Positions 51,901 through 64,000 of a DNA stretch of 64,000 nt are shown here, in pieces. This DNA is from Owenia fusiformis (Eukaryota). Position 1 is the first letter of the stretch; each line of letters opens with the position of its first letter. Position numbers and translations under genes: made by a program. Below the pieces are notes generated by a model that saw only the letters and a list, made by a program, of their open reading frames with translations, did no database searches and was not told where the DNA came from. The stretch covers positions 15,624,001-15,688,000 of the forward strand of contig CAIIXF020000001.1 in NCBI GenBank assembly GCA_903813345.2, read 5' to 3'.

Positions 51901-53622
51901 CACTATAGGTTTACACTGACATCTATTATTCTTTCTTCACTTCATTCTGCGTTCCGATACTCATCGCTTCTGTTCTCCCGTTTCCCTCCTGCCGGTGTGA
52001 AAGAAATTATGGTCCCCCAGGGATTATGGTCCCCCTTTTAAAGGCCCTTATTGGCCCTGATTGTGTATATGATAATAAGGGAAAGAGCACAAAGAGGTCA
52101 CCATATAAATCAATGGAGAGTAGGACCATAAATTAATAGGACCTCCTACCCTTTTACACCTCGGTTAATGGTATCGGGGCTCTAATAATATTATCACTGG
52201 CGGATCCAGAGAGGCCCATGGGGCCACCCCCCCCCCCCCATCCCTGGGAGGGCCCAGAATGTTTTTGCATTACTCGGCCTTTTTTGGGCGTTTTTAGGTC
52301 GGTGAAAATATTTTTGACAAAAAATTAGGGGCTCGGAAATTGTTTAGGACCCCTTGTTAGCGTCTGGACCCACCAGAGATTATGCCCTATATTCTAGGCT
52401 AGTAACCAAAATCCTAGGCGGGGCTACCAGGGCACGCCTTAAGCGTCGGACAGCTGGTCATTATCTGGTTACTTTTGATACTGACCAGTTGATTTTTTCA
52501 CTAGGTATAGGAAAATAACATTGCAACTGGTCAGTAATGCCTTTTTGACCAGCAGCTCTGGAATCCTTAGGGCATACACTGGGGGCTACCCTCCCCTATA
52601 ATGACTTTGACTATATCGTAGTTTTAATAGTCCTGGGGCAATGACAAATCTCAGATATAAAGCCCCCAGAGACGCAATGCACATGCACACCAAAACCCCA
52701 GAAAACATGTCATGTTGAAGAAGCAAGGGGCAAGTCAAGAATTATTTGAGAGTACTTTTAAAGAAACAATCACCGAATCAAATTTATCATCATTATAGCC
52801 TACGAATGTCAGAATAAAATAAAATAAAGGGTGCCTAGTATTGTAATCATCATGTTACTGTTAGACAATAAACTCGATTTTAGTAGACCTAGCCTAGTTT
52901 TCTTTTTTTATGAACTTTCTCAGTATTGCACTTTTTTTATCTGGTTATCATCACATTTTTTCTAGTAGGGAAAATCAAAAGCAACTTTTCACCTTAAATA
53001 GATAGGCCAAATGTTTTCGTTCATTGTTTTAACAACTAAATGATATCTAATTATTGTCAAGATTACAATACCTGTTTTACCTATGGAAAGTGAGTCGTGT
53101 TCCACAAACATAGGCCTAATCAGTCAGTGGAACGATTTCCAATATCGATTTCTAATCACAAGTCAAACCGACCAAACATGACCTTTTTGGGGCAATGACC
53201 TTGTCAATCAATCGGATGTTCAAATGGAACTCCAATAATACCGATTTCTGATTAGAATAAGTCATAACGACCCAAACAAGGACATGATTTAACCAGTGTG
53301 AACCATAGTGTGTGTCAATCAGTATTGTAAATATGAGTCCAATTATTGGGAATATGTCTCTCAAGTCGATGGTTTCATAGCATCCTAAGGTTGCAGTGAC
53401 CGTGAATTCTTATTTCCACATCTCACGCGTGTATCTGTCAGTTTGAAACACCGCAGTATTCAACCGGCACGTAAACATGCATGGGCGTAGCCAGGGGGGG
53501 GGGACCCATTGCCCCCCCCCCCACCCACACCAAAAAGAATACGGCAATTTTGTAAAATTTGTCGAAAAAAACAAGTTGACAAATTAAAGTTTGAAATGCT
53601 TAAAAATAAAATGCACCATATA

Positions 53623-54373
53623 CACCCTATGCAGACAGAGCCTGTGGGAAATATTGGGTGCGGCGCAAATGAGCGGGGGTGCGGAGCTAACAGTCATTTT
53701 TGAATTTAAAATTGGGATATTTCTGAAACTAAGCCGTTTTGGGACTTCAAATATACCAAGATAGGTTTATTTGACACCAAATATCAATAAAATTGTGAAA
53801 ATAGTAGTGCAATTCATTTTATAGCGACGCAGATGCAAATTATTTTTGCATCTTGGAAGCCAGGCAGTATCTATGTGATTTTATAAAAATTCGGAAATGT
53901 TCTTCAGATATGAGCCCCCTCTAAATATTGGGTGCGGAGGTACGTTTATGGAGCTCCTCCGCACCCAATATTTAGAGGGGGCTCATATCTGAAAAACATT
54001 TCCGAATTTTTATAAAATCACACAGATACTGCCTGGCTTCCAAGATGCAAAAATAATTTGTATAGATAGTGTACCTTGAACACCATTTTTTATGAATGCT
54101 GGGGACTCAGTATTAAAAGGATAATTTCAAAATATATAGGTCTGGAAAAGGTTTAAGGCACACTGCGTCGCTATAGAATGAATTGCGCTACTATTTTCAC
54201 AATTGTATTGGTATTTGGTGTCAAATACACATATCTTGGTATATTTGAAGTCCCAAAACGGCTTAGTTTCAGAAATATCCCAAATTTAAATTCAAAAATG
54301 ACCGTTAGCTCCGCACCCTCCGCTCATTTGCTCCGCACCCAATATTTCCCACAGGCTCTGTCTGCATAGGGTG
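53623..54373. mobile_element. Palindromic (foldback) non-autonomous element
   Basis: Arms 53623-53940 and 53956-54373 are near-perfect reverse complements around a 15-nt loop; the right arm has a ~100-bp insertion; CAC...GTG ends; ATATA on both flanks; partial copy near 60700-60965. Confidence 0.8.
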
Positions 54374-56593
54374 ATATACAACACCGTCGGATCCAGAAGC
54401 TAACAAGGGGCACATTTCAAATAGATCAGAAAATAATTTTTGGGTCCCTAAATCCAAAATTGGAGCTAAATTTTGAAAATTTGAGGCCAATTCTTGATGA
54501 TATAGCCTAAAAGTTATGTCCAAAAAAGCCCACTAAGGCCTAATTGAGTTTGACGTCCTATAAAAATTTCGGCCATGCCATGGATCCGCCAGTGTAAAAT
54601 GTAAATTCCCGGAATGAACACCGTACCCGGGACTCCTACCCCTTTTGGGGGACTCGCTTCACTTGCATTGCACACCCCTAAAATCGGCACCCCTTGACAT
54701 TTGCTGGCCATATTTTTGTGAGTTACTTCAGTTTTTTGGTGCAATATATACATGGTAGATGAATATACTTTAATGTCAACAAGATATATGCAATTCCTAG
54801 TTGTATATATTTGTACTTGGCGAGAATTCGAAATGATCGAGAAAGTGGTATCGAATTGATTTTTCTTGGACAATATACAATAAACTATATATTGGCATAA
54901 AGGCATTGTTGTAACCGGAGACTCTTTCAGACTGAGAGAGTAAAAAAAACATTGGGAATCATTCCCCTATTTGATTTATATTCACAAGTGCTGTTGCATT
55001 AATAAGAATCGTTAATTATTTCCATAATTTTCTAGCTCGTAAAACCTAATGGATTTTCATTTGAAATGAGTAAATACATGAAATAAAAGATCAACTTGCA
55101 GGATTTATATGCATTTCCTTTTATTTGTTTCTAGTTCTCAATCGAGCTCTCCATAATTTCCCGAGTTTTGTTTTGTTATTGAATATTGTAGTTTTAACAT
55201 AAGTTCAATGGGACCCTTTGCTGATCAGCGTAATTCAATTCCACAATGTTTCCTTTTGCAGTTCCTTTTGCCAGATTTGTACGTACATCTTTATAGAAAT
55301 CCCATCAAACCAATTGTATGGTCTTTCTACAGGGTAGGCCTAGTCCAAAAAATCGGAACATTTGTTAATTGTTTGCATCGAACATTTATTTCTCCTCAAA
55401 AATGCATCAAAATTTTACTATGCATTGTTAAGTCAATTTTTATATGCGATAAAGTTTATAGCTCCTATCCACAAAGTGTTAATGTTCCAATTTAAGGACC
55501 GCCCTGTTTAAAGATGGTTGACGATACTTGTTTTCAATCTAAATCGATTGGTTGTTCATTAATGAATTCCATTTTCTTTGTACAAATGTCATATGAACAA
55601 AAATATTTTCCTACCCAAAAATCGAAGTAATGAATGGATTTCTAAACGTAACAAAAAGGTCGGTCACCATCTTTGATTCTTTATCAATTAAGTAGATGTT
55701 GGCCATGGGAAATATGGTCAATTCCCTCGGGCCAAAGATCAGATTATTGAATGTTCTTGTCAACATTGGACGGATACGCCATTTCCCCATTTTTAGAAAA
55801 AAATTCTGATACCAATTCCACAAAACACTTTCTTTTGTACTAGAATTAAAAATATGGAAGATCTTAGGCTGCATTTTTTTATTGATACGTTCCATTTCAC
55901 TTCACCTTTCCTGACTAATTACATTTATTTAAACGAATTTCCGCCTTACACTGTATTAGCTTTAAGTGACAGCTTCAAACTCTCAGGGGATGGTAAATCA
56001 TGTAATGCGATCCTAAGTTAATACAGTCAGACAATCATCAACCCAATTTTTTTTAATTGCTTTTGGATGACAAAAAGAAATCTTCATTGCATCGAAAACT
56101 ACAAAATATCACATGCGACTACCAGATCATTGTCGTTGAAAACATTAACAAGAATAGAGCGTTAAAGGAGGAACAAATTAGTTCTTTAACGTTCGGTTTC
56201 CAACCATTATCAATAAATGGATTAATTGGGCAACGGACAACTGTAGAGACGGAGTCGAAGGAATAAGAATATCAAACTTGGGTGCAATTGATTTAAAATA
56301 GATAAATGCATACTCCGATAGTCAATACTACATAAGCAAACAATGTCATTGGAATTAATGTATCGTATGATTAACGTATTTTACATCTATTCAGTCAATA
56401 GAGGAGTTCATTAATTGGTTTAGTTTCGGCGTGTAAGGACGTTGGTTTTACACGTTTGATGCCATTTGCGTTCTGACATAAGCAACAGAGGACTTAGCTA
56501 GAGCTGTCGCACGGATCATCGCACGTAGAAAAAAGCCTTGAAACTCTGAAATTAATTAAGCGATGACAATCTAATTTATTTAGATATTAAGCC

Positions 56594-58938
56594 ATGACAG
56601 ACGCCAAAGTGACACTCGGTTTAATGTTCGTCATGATCTTGTCCAAATCTACCAGAGGAAACGAGGTGAGAGAATCTGTGACACCCATGGTGACATACGA
56701 AGACCCAGTCGGGATTACTTTATGGCAGGCTAAAGTAATTATGATATTACCCGAGACAATATCAAATTGGAAAATGGTGATCTATATGACTGAAAGAATC
56801 AGAGACATAAGAATTGTGAGTATATATTCTACTAACTTTAAGCTAAAAAAATTTCAAAAACATATACTCTTGGGAAAAATGATTACTTGATTTATTTCTT
56901 ATTGGATAAAGGTTTTACGAGATTACTGAAACATTTGAATCTCATTTGGATCGATTAGAAATATTTTAAAAAGTACAGTTGAATTAATATCATCCTAGCA
57001 ACAAGGGTATATAGTATTTTATATATTTTTTATTTTGAATTTAAGCATATTAATGAAGTCCTTTGAAGGAGAAAGAGTAAACATGATACCTCATTACTTA
57101 GTGAACAGAGCACTGGATTTCAAAATTTGACAGGTTTATAATATCGCTGCCAGCCTGACATCATGTTCTTGAACTGAAAATCTAAAACTGTCATTTTGAA
57201 TTCTGACGCCTGCGCGCTTTTGATCATTTTCGCTCTTCTTGCAATGTCAAGTTCATGTAATCTAACAGCAATGTTTGGCCTCATGTGTCCCAACAGCAAC
57301 GATTTACGCTCGTGTATTTGGACGCAAAGTTCACACCCCCTGTATCAACAGCAAAGGTTTACGTTCGTGTATTTGGACAGCAAAGGATTCATGCCTTCCT
57401 GTGTATCAACAGCAACGGTTTACGCTCGTGAATTTGGACAGCAAAGTTCATGCCCCCCTGTGTATCAACAGCAAAGGTTTACGCTAATGTATTTGGACAG
57501 CAAAGTTTGAAAGGTTGACACTAATGCATTTGGACAGCAAAGTTCATGCCCTCCCGTGTTTCTACAGCGAAGTTCAACACTATCCCTGCTCAGCTTCTTT
57601 TAGTTAAGCACGATTATCAGATTGAATATTATTAATAATATCGCTATATTTCAGGTGAACTATGCTGGTAAGGCAGGGGAAGTATGTAACAGCACTGTAA
57701 ATGGGACTGCAGATCACTTTGTTCTTGAGCCCTACAACATTCACGTGGCCGCTCTAAACACTGGTAGTACATTACAGTTGGATTTTACCGTAGCTCTGGT
57801 GGGTACTCTTACACCCAGTGCAGAGGCAGTTCTAGTGCCTAATCCGATGTCTGCTAGTTTGTGCAATAATGTATCTTTGACTGAATCAACAGTTAGTGTT
57901 ATGTCGACAAATTCAGTTATAATGTCAACTGCAAGTGCTGCTTCATCAGCTATAACTTTATCAAATACGATAACTTCAGAATTGTCAACAGTTATACTAT
58001 CAACATCAACTCTTTCAATCCCAATAACGTCACAACCTTCAACAGATTCTGTTGTTATAACAAGTACAATCGTACCAATGGGTACCTTATCAAGTACACT
58101 TGCAACACAAACTCCAGAAACTGTACAAACCACGAGCACAATAGAATCAACGAATACCCTTTCAACCACCGCACAAACCTCAACAACTGTACTAACTGGG
58201 AGCACAATAGAACCGACGAGTACCGTATCAAGTAACACCAACGCTTCAGCAACAGTACCGACTGCGATATTACCAACGAGTACACTATCAGGTACAATCA
58301 TTGTACAAACTTCAACTATAGTACCGACTGTGAGCGCAATAGTACAAACGAGTACACTATCAGGTACAATCAGTGTACAGACTTCAACAACAGTACCGAC
58401 TGCGAGCGCAATAGTACCAACGAGTACCCTATCAGGTACAACCATCGCACAAACTTCAACAACAGTACCGACTGCGAGCACAATAGTACCAACAAGTACA
58501 TTATCAAGAACAACTACCGCACAATCTTTAGAAACTGTACCAACTGCAAGCAGAACAGTACCAATGAGTTCCTTAATCACCACAAACCCCTCAACAATTG
58601 CAACGGTGCAAAGATCTACGACACTTTCCCGAACAAGTATACACTATTTCAGCAGTACAACAATTTCTTATAAATACAAACGTCCGAAACCTCGACATTT
58701 CGCTCCTTCGGAAGCTAAATTGGCATATCTGCTTGGTAGTATGGCAACATTACTCATGGTGGCAGCACTTGTATTCATAGTTGTACTTGACTCAAGACGC
58801 CTTTTTCGGAACACTCGCTGGGGGTGCTATAACTTAAGATATGGAATACGACGTTTGCTCAAATACGAATTAGATGATATAGATATAAAGTGGTACAAAA
58901 AATTATCGACACGAAGAATAAAAAAGGAACTTCATTAA
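56594..58938 (+). CDS. Type-I membrane mucin-like protein (signal peptide, beta-rich N-domain, Ser/Thr stalk, TM, basic tail), about 501 aa
   Basis: Exon 1 56594-56815 (gccATG, donor gtgagt) and exon 2 57655-58938 (acceptor tttcag) join in phase 0; hydrophobic N-terminus; 24-aa repeats QTSTTVPTASAIVPTSTLSGTTIA; TM LAYLLGSMATLLMVAALVFIVVL. Confidence 0.8.
57280..57570. repeat. Intronic minisatellite, ~60-bp unit, about 5 copies
   Basis: tgtatcaacagcaaaggtttacgctcgtgtatttggacagcaaagttcatgccccc repeated in tandem. Confidence 0.85.
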
Positions 58939-58994
58939 ATAAATTCACGTGTAGGTAGACAAGGCTCAAAGCCAATAGAAACACTTACACGTCG

Positions 58995-60010
58995 CACGAA
59001 ACTGGGGACAATTAGCGTAACATATGGCGTCAAAAAACCAAGACAAAACAATGAGCAGCATCGCATAGGGCGCAAACAGCCTTACAACGTCAAAAACGAC
59101 AAGCGTCACATTTTTGTCAAGTTTAGTCAACCTAAAAATAAAATACTTTATCCTTATCTAATCATAACAAAATTCACAGGGTAGCAAGATCTCGAGGACA
59201 GTATTTCTAAAATGTTTTTGAATTTTGAAAAACGGTCAAGAAATCCACTTGGGGTGTTTGTAAAAATTGATATGTATGGAATTTGTGGTAGAAAATCGAT
59301 GCGTCACATTTTTTTCAAGTCTCGAAAACCAGCTCTTATTTTAATATTATTTGCAAAATAAACAAACTGGTTATTAGAAACAAGTCAAATTCTTTACTTC
59401 AGAGAATATTTTTAATTTATTGAGACTTTCGACTAATATCCCTTAGTCTTTTTCAAAATATAATAGCATGTATACATTTATGTGACGTCATAAACAGAAA
59501 AACTGGTTTTTGTTTTGTAAATTTCGCCATGACAATATTGTGCAGTTAATTTTTCTTTCAAATCAGACTTGAATTGGAAGGTTAAATGAAGGTAAACTTA
59601 TTGCTCGTCCCATTCGCCTTCAAAACCTTACACAATTTTGAAAATTTTAAAAGCGTTCATATACGATAATTTGAACTGTAGCCGTTAAGCAATTGTGACG
59701 TCATAAATGAACAAGTTCCATTGAATAAATTGTGAAAGTTTAGTGGGATTTTGATCATTATTTCAAAAGTTATCCCAATTTCAACGAGCCCTGTAAGTGT
59801 AAAGTGTTACGTCTTACAGCGTATTTGACGATTTTGGGATATGTTTAACTTTAAAAATATGTTGGATCCCATCAAAATTTTGAAGAAAAAATAATTTCAC
59901 TGAAATGCGAATAAAAAATACTTCAAAATGATATATAAAACACATAGCTAGCTTTTTAAATAAGGCAGAGATTATCAGCCCGTATTTCCCGAATTGTCCC
60001 CAGGTCCGTG
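58995..60010. mobile_element. ~1-kb non-autonomous TIR element just after the mucin-like gene stop
   Basis: cacgaaactggggacaatt / aattgtccccaggtccgtg; flanks CACGTCG / CACGTCA (imperfect 7-bp TSD). Confidence 0.55.
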
Positions 60011-62195
60011 CACGTCATAACTACATATGGCACACGTGGTGGAGCTGCCGCATGGATGATGCTCTATAATGAAGTATAATTGCAATTCAGTCACAAACCA
60101 CTGACTGTATATTGAATGACCCTTCATTTAAGTAAGTTTTCTAGATGAAATGAACAAACTATATGAACCACAGTTGGTATGCAGTGCAAGCCCAAATCAT
60201 TAGTCTATCATTCTTCTTTCCACTTGCAAAGAAGAAAGTATAGATCATGATTGGGGCTTGCCAACTGTGGTATGAACTAAGAATTCACTCTTCAATATTG
60301 GAGGCAAAAAGATACAATTAAGTACAATACAATACAATACAAAACATTTCACAAAAACAGATACTATTATGTCTTTCACATATATTTCAACTTCGATGAT
60401 TGTTCTTGTTCTATCTTGTCGGTGTAACAATTTTCTTCAGTCTTACTTTGGTAACTTCTCGGGGATGACGCCCGGAGATGACGATGCTTTATTCACTCAT
60501 AAATGGATTATTCAATAACTTCTTTTAATTTTTCGTTACATTTTCATGTCACCACAAGAAGTGGTTATGGTCTCCAACTTTTTTTGTGGACGGCGTCCGG
60601 CGGTTGGAATTGGGCGTTCGGCGTCTATAACAAATGGCAGGTATTGACATTTTGCATGTTAATGCCTTGTAACGTACAGAGTGTCTGTGTCAGACATGCA
60701 CGAGCCCCCTCTAAATATTTGGTGCGGCAAAGCTCGATAAACATAAAAACTTTGTCGTTCGATGATATTATGATAGTTTGTGTTGTGTTGTGTTGTCACT
60801 TTTTTCTCAATTTTATTGATATTAGGTGTCAACTTCACAAATATGAATAGGCCTAGTTAACCAAAATGGTTAGTTTCAGAAATGTCAAAAATGACCGTTA
60901 AATCCGCACCATCCGCTCATTCATGCCGCACCCAATATTTCTCATAGGCTCCGTCTGCATAGTGTAATCTAGTCTATTATGGGAACGATACTCAAGTCGT
61001 GTGGTAATGCCAAAAACACGATACAAAGATAATACTAAAATGTGTGATTATTAAAATGCTATAACTTTTTTAATTTTTGATAGTAAATCATAATTTGCAT
61101 ACCAAATGAAACTTGAGGTTGTTATCTAGCCATTGATCATGAATTATACACTTTTACTTGAATAAAATATGTCAACTAAAGCTGGCAATTAAGACAGGTT
61201 GAAAAAAACTTAGCTAACAATTCACTGATACTGCAATATCAGCAAGGCGACTAAAGCTAAAATTTATCATCAATTAGGGTGGCGGACCAATTGAACTCCC
61301 CTTTTCGATCAAATATAATCCAAGTTGAAGGACTTGTTACATTATATTATTACTAAGAACCCTTGGCACTATATAACAAAAGGGGTATGTAGGTTGGAAA
61401 ATAAAAAGTTGTAGTGTCTTGAAAAAAAAGTGGCGATTTTTTTGGCCCACCCTGTATAGTTACCATCCCTTAAGCGGTGGAAGATATCGTTGAACTAGGG
61501 CGCCTATGCATGATATATGAACAAATGATCGTACTCCAGAGTTTCCATGTCATATAAGTCGGATTGAGTTCAAATATCAAAGCAATTTGTCAACTATATA
61601 GTAGTCTAATTCGATGAAAACTAAAAATATCGAAATCGATATCCGTCCGTCATCTTTGATGCGTAGGTGACGGCCGTTACCTTCGCTTGATACTGACCAG
61701 TGAATAAATGGAAGACCCCCTAATGGGAGTTTAGAAAATGAAAGAAATTACAAAATGTCCACATCACTGCAACGTACAAATCGAAGGGAAAATAATAGAG
61801 ATGTTAATAGATGGCAACATTGGTCGTTGAACCAAGTTCTGTATTAAACGCCCATAAAAAGTACAATGGTAATACTTCATGTTAATTTAATAATTCATCA
61901 CCATGCTTTGAGCACTAAAAGCCAAGGAATCATATGTAAATAGTTATCTGTGGTGAATACGTGGATAATATGATTGGAATATTTGGCTAAAGGCAGCCAT
62001 TTAAGAAAATTACGGCCATCATATATGTGTTATTTTACGTTTCGCTTGGAAAGTAGTGGAGCGATTAAGATTTTATATATGAATATTTAGAAGAGTATAC
62101 ACTGTCTCGTGACAGTTTCAAAACAGATTCCTGGCATTTTCAAAAATGGTAGCCAAAAGGTAGCAGTTCGATGGGACTTGCTACGTCTTGGCGTT

Positions 62196-62781
62196 GCTGT
62201 TATCTATTTGCAAATTCGTTCTTACTGAATATTTTGACTTTTTGAGGTGGCAATGAATTCAACATAATATGACACCATAAACCTAGTATTTAGAGCAACT
62301 TGTTATAGGATATCTCCATTTCCAGTGAATAATCCATGCCTTGATTCGATTTTGTTTTAACTGGATGTACAGCACTACATGTAAATACATTCAGATTAGA
62401 ACACCTGAAAGATATCGAACCAAAGCATGCACATGTACATGCATAGATCATTTAATGGAGACCCGCTTCCCACGTTCTACTTACCTTTTTTATTGTATTT
62501 GTATTCTTATTCATGGATGAGTTAATAGTCACTTCCTTTTCTTTTTATTAACTTAAGTCAAGAGTCATTAAATACTCTTTGAGCTCCACTTAGGTAGCAA
62601 CACAGTAGAATGAACATTGGTTCATTTGAAAGAATATACAGCTGTAACAAAGAAGAGTGTATTCTTTTTCTATTATTTTTTATAATTGACATTTTGCGTC
62701 ATATTAAGTAGAATTCATTGCCACCTCAAAAAGTCAAAATATTCAGTATGAGTAAGAACGGATTTGCAACTAGATAACAGC
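62196..62781. repeat. ~65-bp inverted repeat pair (probable MITE)
   Basis: gctgttatcta...tactgaatattttgactttttgaggtggcaatgaattc mirrored at 62711-62781. Confidence 0.7.
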
Positions 62782-64000
62782 GTCAACGTCACATTTGTGT
62801 TTTATGATTCTTTTTCCTGATCATATTATCATTTTGTTTGGCACTCCATCATCTGTTCCTATTACACATAAGCATACATTCTTGGTGGATCTAGATCTTG
62901 ACCAGAGATACAAAGTCGACCTAATAAAACCGTTGCTGTCCATCTCTTAGATTGCTGATAGCATTGACTTCCAGCCGAGTCTCATCTCTATTGTATGTTG
63001 AACTTCCAACAAAGATTGTTTTCATGTGTTCATTAAGGTAGAAGTGTCAAGGGCTTTATCAGGTGAATGTGGGATGTTGTACACTGAAAAGGTTTAGTGT
63101 CAAGACACTCCATGCCATTGTAAAATTTGTTTTCTTTGCTTTGTGAATAGGTGCATCGTGGAGGTGCAATATTGAATTTCCTATTAATCCAGCGACTTTT
63201 TTCTAAGCTGTTGTATAATATATGTCTTTGATTACGGTTAGTGACATTACTGTACATAGTTCTGATTTGTACCAAGGACACTGTGAATGGCATAATTATA
63301 CAAAAGAGAATACTGTGGAAAAATAATTCAATATTGGACAAAGAAAGACATTGATAGAAAATACAATAAGAAACACTGTTTTTTATTTGAAATTTATTAA
63401 ATGGATACATTTTAGCAATTTATGACATTTTAGCAATGATCTGGAACTGCTCCGCATACCTCTCACCACTGTTACCATGACAACGTAACTTTAACACCTT
63501 TAAACTTTATGTGATGAAAAGTCGGAGATATATTGTAAAATGTGTGTGCTCTATAAGGGGTGATATGAGAAATAAATGAATTAATTAATTGAACAAATAT
63601 CTACCTTACTCAATATTATATTCTCATCTAAAATATTCCATATTCCATATACTGATTTTCGGTACTGAAAAGTTAACTATTTTCCATAGTGATCGGCCAT
63701 TTTTCAATTTTTATTATTGTCATTTTTGAAATCTACATATTCATATTATGATAGTCAGGTATGATTCATGCGGTTGCAATCTATCTTAATTAAGGTCAAC
63801 AAATAAGGGCTTTTTGCTGGATCTCCCATTCGCCTATAGTAAAGTAAATTGATAAAAGTTTAAAGGCTACAGGAGGGAATCACTTATTAATTGTAGATCT
63901 GATTCAAGTTTTGGGTTTTTGGTTGTCATAATCTCAAGCAGATTATTTTCATTTTTCTGGACAACATCATGATTATTCATCAAGGAGTCCCCCGTCAATG

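Noticed and set aside
53509-54523. ORFs sharing HPMQTEPVGNIGCGANER on opposite strands
   Set aside because: Artefact of the palindromic element's arms.
57196-57510. ORFs 57196-57510 and 57275-57487
   Set aside because: Produced by the intronic 60-bp minisatellite.
57741-58583. 280-aa Val-rich antisense ORF
   Set aside because: Mirror of the Thr/Ser-rich mucin frame; no independent gene signals.
63033-63410. 125-aa ORF
   Set aside because: AT-rich, intron-like composition with no recognisable domain.

Overview
AT-rich eukaryotic genomic DNA with GT-AG introns, probably from a marine invertebrate (lineage inferred, not proven). I reconstructed five protein-coding genes by hand: SMIM15 (+, single coding exon), NDUFAF2 (-, 6 exons), TRIR/C19orf43 (+, 3 exons, head-to-head with NDUFAF2), AP3D1 (-, 33 exons over 33 kb, about 1244 aa) and an unnamed type-I membrane mucin-like protein with a possible CBM2-like head (+, 2 exons). 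The rest is dense with transposon-derived DNA. The most striking element is a 457-bp LTR retrotransposon in miniature (3881-4337) with a tRNA-Leu primer-binding site, a polypurine tract, and LTRs that carry a tRNA-derived Pol III promoter (Helenus/Cassandra-type design). Also present: a decayed 5.6-kb intron-containing pogo-like transposon with a C-terminal PHD-like finger, a 6.2-kb Academ-like element with ~725-bp TIRs that holds a Helentron-like element carrying a satellite array, a truncated LINE and many MITEs. All coordinates were counted by eye and may be off by a few bases; no searches were run.
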